Origin: Spirochaetia bacterium
Lineage (GTDB): Bacteria; Spirochaetota; Spirochaetia; SZUA-6; Bin103
Direction: 5' to 3'
DNA length: 64,000 bases
Assembly (NCBI GenBank): GCA_965203515.1
Contig: OZ241907.1
Location: 128,001 to 192,000 of the forward strand
This document shows, piece after piece, positions 59,042 to 64,000 of the stretch; the stretch's first letter is position 1, and every line of letters starts with the position of its first letter. A program made the position numbers and the translations under genes. The notes under the pieces were generated by a model. That model did not search any database and had not been told where the DNA came from. It saw nothing but the letters and a program-made list of their open reading frames with translations.

Positions 59042-61491
59042 GCGCGGACCTCCTGCCGGACCGCCGCGGCGCGGCCATCGACACCCGCGCCGCGGCCGTG
59101 CTCGGTCTGCCGGGCGTGCTCGCGCAGGTCGCCGAGTATTGCGCCGGCTCTGCGGGCCGGCGGCAGGTGCTGGCCAGCCGCGTCTACACCGACCCGCAGG
59201 CGGTACTGGCCGAACGCGCGCCCGGCGCGGAGCTCCGCCGCCTGCTGGACGCCGGCTTCGCGCCGCCGGCGCTCGACCTGCCGGACATCGAAGCGCCGCT
59301 CGGCCGGCTGCGGCGCGGCGCGGCGCTGTTGGAGCCGGAGGAGCTGGCAGCCGTCGGGCGGCTGGCGTCGACGGCGGAGGCGATCCGCGGCTCGCTTGCG
59401 GCGGCGGCCGATCCGGTCGAGCGGCCGGCGTTGAGCGCGCTGTGCGCGGAGTTGCCGCCGCTGGGAACGCTGGCCGCGGAGCTGCGCCGGGTGGTGGGCG
59501 CCGACGGCGCCATTCAGGATCGGGCGGTCCCGGAGCTGGCGCGCGTGAAACGCGACCTGCGCCGCCTGCAGCGCCAGGTGGAGGCGGCGGCGGGCGGCCT
59601 GATGGCGGACCCGGCGTTGCGCGGCTGCTTCAACGGCACGGTGCCGACGCAGCGCGGCGGCCGCACCGTGGTGCCGGTGAAGGCGACCCACCGCGGCCGC
59701 GTGCCGGGCGTGGTCCATGAGGTGTCGGCAAGCGGCGCCACGGTCTTCGTCGAACCGTTGCGCGACATGGAGGCGAACAACGCCGTGGTCGCCGCTCGCG
59801 ACCGCTACGCCGCGGAGGTGCGCCGCGTGCTCCGCGCGTTGACCGCCGCGGCGGCGCGGGAACGGCCCGCCCTGGATCGCGCGGCGGCGGTGACGGCCCG
59901 CTTCGACTGCGTGCAGGCGCGGGCGCGCTACGCACGGGCGCACGAGGCGGTCGCCGCTCCGGACGGACCGCTGCAGCTGCGCCGGGCGCGCCATCCCGAA
60001 CTGGGCGCCGCCGCGGTCCCCTTGAATCTCGCCATGGCCCCCGAAGCGCGCGTCATGATCATCACGGGGCCCAACACCGGCGGCAAGACCGTCTGTCTCA
60101 AGACCGTCGGGCTGCTCTGTCTGATGAATCAGGCGGGCATGGAGATACCGGCGGCTCCCGATTCGACGCTGCCGGTCTACCGCGGCATCTACGCCGACAT
60201 CGGCGACGCGCAGTCGATCGCCGAGTCGCTGTCGACCTTCTCCGCGCACGTCGAGAACCTGGCCGCCATCATGCGCGGCGCCACCGAGCGTTCCCTGGTG
60301 CTGATCGACGAGCTGGGTACCGGCACCGACCCGGAGGAGGGCATCGCCCTGTCCCGCGCGTTGCTCGACCGGTTTCGCGCCGCCGGGGTGACGGTGATCG
60401 CCACCACCCATCACGGCGCCCTCAAGGTCTATGCCTACACCGAGGCCGGGGTCGCCAACGCTTCGATGGAGTTCGACGCACGCACGCTGCGGCCGACCTA
60501 TCGGGTCATCGAAGGGGTGCCGGGGGAGAGCCATGCGATCGACATCGCCCGGCGCCATCGCATGCCGGACGCCGTGATCGAACGGGCCGCCCGGCTGCTC
60601 GACGCCGGCCGCACCGAGTCGGGCCGCATCGTCGACGAGCTGACGCGGCGGCAGCAGGAGCAGGAGCGGCAGGACCGCGCGCTGCGCGAGCGCGCGGCGG
60701 CGTTGGCCAGGGGCGAAGCCGAACTGGCCGCGGACCGGGCGGCGTTGCGGGAGCGCGAACACGAGCATCACCGGCAGGCCGCGCGCGAGCTCGACCGGTT
60801 CCTCGCCGGCGCCCGCCGTGACGTGGAACGCGCCATCCGCTCGGTGCGCGCGACCGCGGCCGCAGGTGCCGCGGAGATCGGCTCGGCGGACGCCGGCGGG
60901 CCGGCTGCCGGGGCAGCGGCCGACGCGGCAGCGCGGGCCGCGCCGGCCGCGATCGAGCGGCGCCTGCAGGCCGAGCGGGAGGCGCTGGCGGCGCTGGACG
61001 CCGCCGCTGGCACCGGTGGCGCCGGGGCTGCGCCGCTGGCTCCGGGCAGCAGCGTGCGCATCCGGCGCACCGGCGCGGCCGGCCGGGTGGTGCGGCGCCA
61101 CCGCCCGGACCGGTATCCCGACCGCTACGTCGTGCAGACCGACACCATCCGCGGGCAGTTCCGCGCCGCCGACCTGGAGCCGGCCGGCGACCGGCAGCCG
61201 CCGCGCCGCGCCGGCGCTCGCGTCGAGCTGGTCGCCGCCGTGCAGCCGGTGCTGGAGTTGCAGGTGCGCGGCATGCGTGCGGAGCAGGCGATCCGGGAGG
61301 TCGAGCGGCAGCTCGACGCGGCGGTCATGCGCGGCTGGTCGCAGTTCGCGGTGGTGCACGGCCGGGGGCACGGCGTGCTGCGCCACGCCATCCGCGAGTA
61401 CCTGCGCGACAGCTCCGCGGTCAGCGACGTGCAGGATGCCCCTGCCGACGAGGGCGGACATGGCAAGACGATCGTCCGGCTCCGTGACTGA
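59038..61491 (+). CDS. mutS2: Endonuclease MutS2
   Basis: SGATVFVEP, TGPNTGGKT, DIGD.QSI..SLSTFS, DELGTGTDP, TTH and Smr domain VHGRG.GVLR. Confidence 0.94.
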   Translation: MSADLLPDRRGAAIDTRAAAVLGLPGVLAQVAEYCAGSAGRRQVLASRVYTDPQAVLAERAPGAELRRLLDAGFAPPALDLPDIEAPLGRLRRGAALLEPEELAAVGRLASTAEAIRGSLAAAADPVERPALSALCAELPPLGTLAAELRRVVGADGAIQDRAVPELARVKRDLRRLQRQVEAAAGGLMADPALRGCFNGTVPTQRGGRTVVPVKATHRGRVPGVVHEVSASGATVFVEPLRDMEANNAVVAARDRYAAEVRRVLRALTAAAARERPALDRAAAVTARFDCVQARARYARAHEAVAAPDGPLQLRRARHPELGAAAVPLNLAMAPEARVMIITGPNTGGKTVCLKTVGLLCLMNQAGMEIPAAPDSTLPVYRGIYADIGDAQSIAESLSTFSAHVENLAAIMRGATERSLVLIDELGTGTDPEEGIALSRALLDRFRAAGVTVIATTHHGALKVYAYTEAGVANASMEFDARTLRPTYRVIEGVPGESHAIDIARRHRMPDAVIERAARLLDAGRTESGRIVDELTRRQQEQERQDRALRERAAALARGEAELAADRAALREREHEHHRQAARELDRFLAGARRDVERAIRSVRATAAAGAAEIGSADAGGPAAGAAADAAARAAPAAIERRLQAEREALAALDAAAGTGGAGAAPLAPGSSVRIRRTGAAGRVVRRHRPDRYPDRYVVQTDTIRGQFRAADLEPAGDRQPPRRAGARVELVAAVQPVLELQVRGMRAEQAIREVERQLDAAVMRGWSQFAVVHGRGHGVLRHAIREYLRDSSAVSDVQDAPADEGGHGKTIVRLRD

Positions 61492-64000
61492 CGCACCCGC
61501 CGCGTCCGCTGGCACGGCCGGACCGGACACGGCCGGAGGGGGCACTGCCAGACCGGGCGCCGACCGCATCGTCATCCGCGGCGCCCGCGCTCACAACCTG
61601 AAAGGGGTCGACCTGGACCTGCCGCGCAACCGGCTGATCGTGGTGTCCGGGCCGAGCGGGTCGGGCAAGTCCTCGCTGGCGTTCGACACCGTATTCGCCG
61701 AGGGACAGCGGCGCTACGTCGAGTCTCTGTCGGCCTACGCGCGGCAGTTCCTGGGCCGGCTGGACAAGCCGGACGTCGACCTCATCGACGGTCTGTCGCC
61801 GGCGATCTCGATCGAACAGCGCACCGCGCAGCGCAATCCCCGGTCCACGGTCGGCACCGTGACCGAGATCTACGACTACCTGCGGCTGCTGTTCGCCCGC
61901 GTCGGCCGGCCGCACTGCGCGGCGTGCGGGGCGGCGATCAGCGAGCGGTCGACCGACCAGATCGTCGACGTCATCGCCTCCCTGCCGGCCGGTTCGCGCA
62001 TCGTCCTGCTGGCGCCGGTGGTGAACGCCCGCAAGGGACAGCACCGCGCCGTGTTCGAGGAGGCGATCAAGGCGGGATTCGTGCGGGTGCGGGTCGACGG
62101 CCGCATCCATTCGCTCGACGAGCTCCCGGAGCTGGACCGGAACACCGCGCACACGATCGAGATCGTGGTCGATCGGCTGATCGGCAAGCCGGACCTCCAC
62201 CAGCGCCTGGCCGGCTCGGTGGAGACGGCGCTGGAGGTGGGGACGGGACGGCTGATCGTCTTGCGGGACGGCGACGGCGGCCCGGTCGAGCAGCGCTTCT
62301 CGCAGAACAGCTCATGCGCGGAATGCGGCGCGCCGTTCCCGGAGCTCGAGCCGCGGCTGTTCTCGTTCAACAATCCGCAGGGCGCCTGCCCGGCCTGCTC
62401 CGGACTGGGGGTCAGCCTGGAGTTCGACCGCGACCTGATCGTGCCCGACCTGAGCAAGTCCTTCGACGACGGGGGGATCGCCACCCACAATCCGCGCGCC
62501 AAGTGGACCCGATCGCTGTTCCGGGCGCTCGCCCGGCATTGGGGCTTCCGGCTCGCCACGCCGCTGGGCGAGTTGCCCCGGGGCATCCTCGACGCCCTGC
62601 TGTTCGGCGCCGACGACCGCATCCAGGTCGAGCACCGCACCGCGTCCAAGGCGAGCTACCGCTATGCGACGACCTATCCCGGGGTGATCCCGGAGCTCCG
62701 GCGCCGCTATCTGCAGACCGCGTCCGATCACGTCAAGCGGTGGCTGGAAGGCTTCATGCGCGACCAGCCTTGTCAGACCTGCCGGGGCCGGCGGTTGCGT
62801 CCGGAGGCGCTGGCCGTGGAGGTGGCCGGCAGCAGCATCGATCAGGTCACGAGCATGTCGGTGGAGGCGGCGCTCGACTACGTCCGCCGGGTAGCCGGCG
62901 ACAGCGACGGCGAATGGGCCAGGGTGGCGGGACAGATCGTCAAGGAGATCGGCGATCGGCTGGAGTTCATGGCCAGCGTCGGCCTGTCGTACCTCACCCT
63001 GGACCGCCGCGCCTCCACCCTGTCCGGGGGCGAGGCGCAGCGCATCCGGCTCGCCACGCAGATCGGCTCGGCGCTGGTGGGGGTGCTCTACGTGCTCGAT
63101 GAGCCGACCATCGGCCTGCATCAGCGCGATAACGACCGGCTGTTGCGCACGCTGTTCCGGCTGCGCGACCGCGGCAACACGCTGCTGGTGGTGGAACACG
63201 ACGAGCAGACGCTGCGCAGCGCCGATTATCTGGTCGATCTGGGCCCCGGCGCGGGCGAGTACGGCGGCCGGGTGGTAGCCTGCGGCACGCCGCGAGCGGT
63301 CCTGAAGGATGACCGATCCGTGACCGGCCGCTACCTGGCCGGGCGGGAGGCGATCGCCACGCCGGCGCGGCGGCGGCCGCCGGCCGGCAGCCTGACCCTG
63401 CGCGGCGCGGCCGCCAACAACCTGCGCGGCCTCGACGTGCTCCTGCCGCTGGGGACGCTGACGGTCGTCACCGGCGTGTCCGGGTCGGGCAAGTCGACCC
63501 TGGTAACCGACCTGCTGGGCCCGGCCCTGCGCGCGGAACTGGCCGGCCGGCGACTGCCGGCCGGCGTCGGCGGCATCGACGGCTGCGATCGGATCGACAA
63601 GGTGATCGAGATCGACCAGGGACCGATCGGCCGCACGCCGCGCTCCAATCCGGCCACGTACGTGGGACTCTTCACGCCGATCCGGGAGCTGTTCGCGGCC
63701 TTGCCGGAAGCGCGCGCGCTCGGCTATCGGCCGGGCCGGTTTTCGTTCAACGTCGCCGGCGGGCGGTGCGAGAACTGCACCGGAGACGGTCAGATCAAGA
63801 TCGAGATGCACTTTCTGCCCGACGTATTCGTGACCTGCGACGTCTGCGCCGGCCGCCGCTATAACCGGGAGACGCTGGCGATCCGCTACAAGGGCCGCAA
63901 CATCGACGAGGTGCTCGGCATGTCGATCACGGAGGCGGCCGAGTTCTTCAAGCACGTCCCGCAGGTGGCGCGCCGCCTCGAGACGCTCAAGGCCGTGGGG
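61484..64000 (+). CDS. uvrA: Excinuclease ABC subunit A (truncated by window end)
   Basis: Not in the ORF track because there is no stop in the window. Manual translation from GTG 61484 gives IVIRGARAHNLKGVDL, SGPSGSGKSSLAFDT, EGQRRYVESLS, LSGGEAQRIRLA and TPRSNPATY. Confidence 0.96.
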   Translation, partial: MTDAPAASAGTAGPDTAGGGTARPGADRIVIRGARAHNLKGVDLDLPRNRLIVVSGPSGSGKSSLAFDTVFAEGQRRYVESLSAYARQFLGRLDKPDVDLIDGLSPAISIEQRTAQRNPRSTVGTVTEIYDYLRLLFARVGRPHCAACGAAISERSTDQIVDVIASLPAGSRIVLLAPVVNARKGQHRAVFEEAIKAGFVRVRVDGRIHSLDELPELDRNTAHTIEIVVDRLIGKPDLHQRLAGSVETALEVGTGRLIVLRDGDGGPVEQRFSQNSSCAECGAPFPELEPRLFSFNNPQGACPACSGLGVSLEFDRDLIVPDLSKSFDDGGIATHNPRAKWTRSLFRALARHWGFRLATPLGELPRGILDALLFGADDRIQVEHRTASKASYRYATTYPGVIPELRRRYLQTASDHVKRWLEGFMRDQPCQTCRGRRLRPEALAVEVAGSSIDQVTSMSVEAALDYVRRVAGDSDGEWARVAGQIVKEIGDRLEFMASVGLSYLTLDRRASTLSGGEAQRIRLATQIGSALVGVLYVLDEPTIGLHQRDNDRLLRTLFRLRDRGNTLLVVEHDEQTLRSADYLVDLGPGAGEYGGRVVACGTPRAVLKDDRSVTGRYLAGREAIATPARRRPPAGSLTLRGAAANNLRGLDVLLPLGTLTVVTGVSGSGKSTLVTDLLGPALRAELAGRRLPAGVGGIDGCDRIDKVIEIDQGPIGRTPRSNPATYVGLFTPIRELFAALPEARALGYRPGRFSFNVAGGRCENCTGDGQIKIEMHFLPDVFVTCDVCAGRRYNRETLAIRYKGRNIDEVLGMSITEAAEFFKHVPQVARRLETLKAVG

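Overview
A very GC-rich bacterial chromosomal segment, most likely from a Spirochaetota member. This is inferred from a PUR/DUF3276 protein, a short SMC, the dnaG-rpoD-zinc ribbon-rnpB-TPR-mreBCD-mrdA-rodA order and several small ORFs that resemble spirochaete hypotheticals. From ~13.2 kb onward it is mostly housekeeping: rnhB, smc, ffh-rpsP-khpA-rimM-trmD-rplS-yraN, rpmF-acpP-rnc, cca, thiN, aroH, mltG-dnaG-rpoD, RNase P RNA, the mre/rod operon, mazG, pdxST-yggS, a RluA-family synthase, rsgA-mutS2-uvrA and four tRNAs. The most unusual part is 1-4.6 kb. It holds two near-identical tandem Rpn/YhgA-like PD-(D/E)XK nuclease genes, each with a strong internal Shine-Dalgarno+ATG that could produce a small C-terminal RpnS-type antitoxin. 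One copy is split by a complete ISL3 element (22-bp IRs, 8-bp TSD) just upstream of that internal start, and the other has a 1-bp frameshift. The 540-bp spacer between them reads as joined remnants of defence/toxin-antitoxin genes (DUF1156-type DNA methylase, HicB, Phd/YefM, possibly RelE). Other notable items are an FtsH-like ATPase + catalytically degenerate S41 protease + two beta-propeller lipoprotein cassette, a His-rich permease/TIGR03943/Ig-propeller/DCC operon, widespread 15-24-bp in-frame tandem duplications, and several apparently leaderless genes. Three 1-bp deletions in short homopolymers may be sequencing errors. All family assignments come from motif recognition by eye, not database searches.
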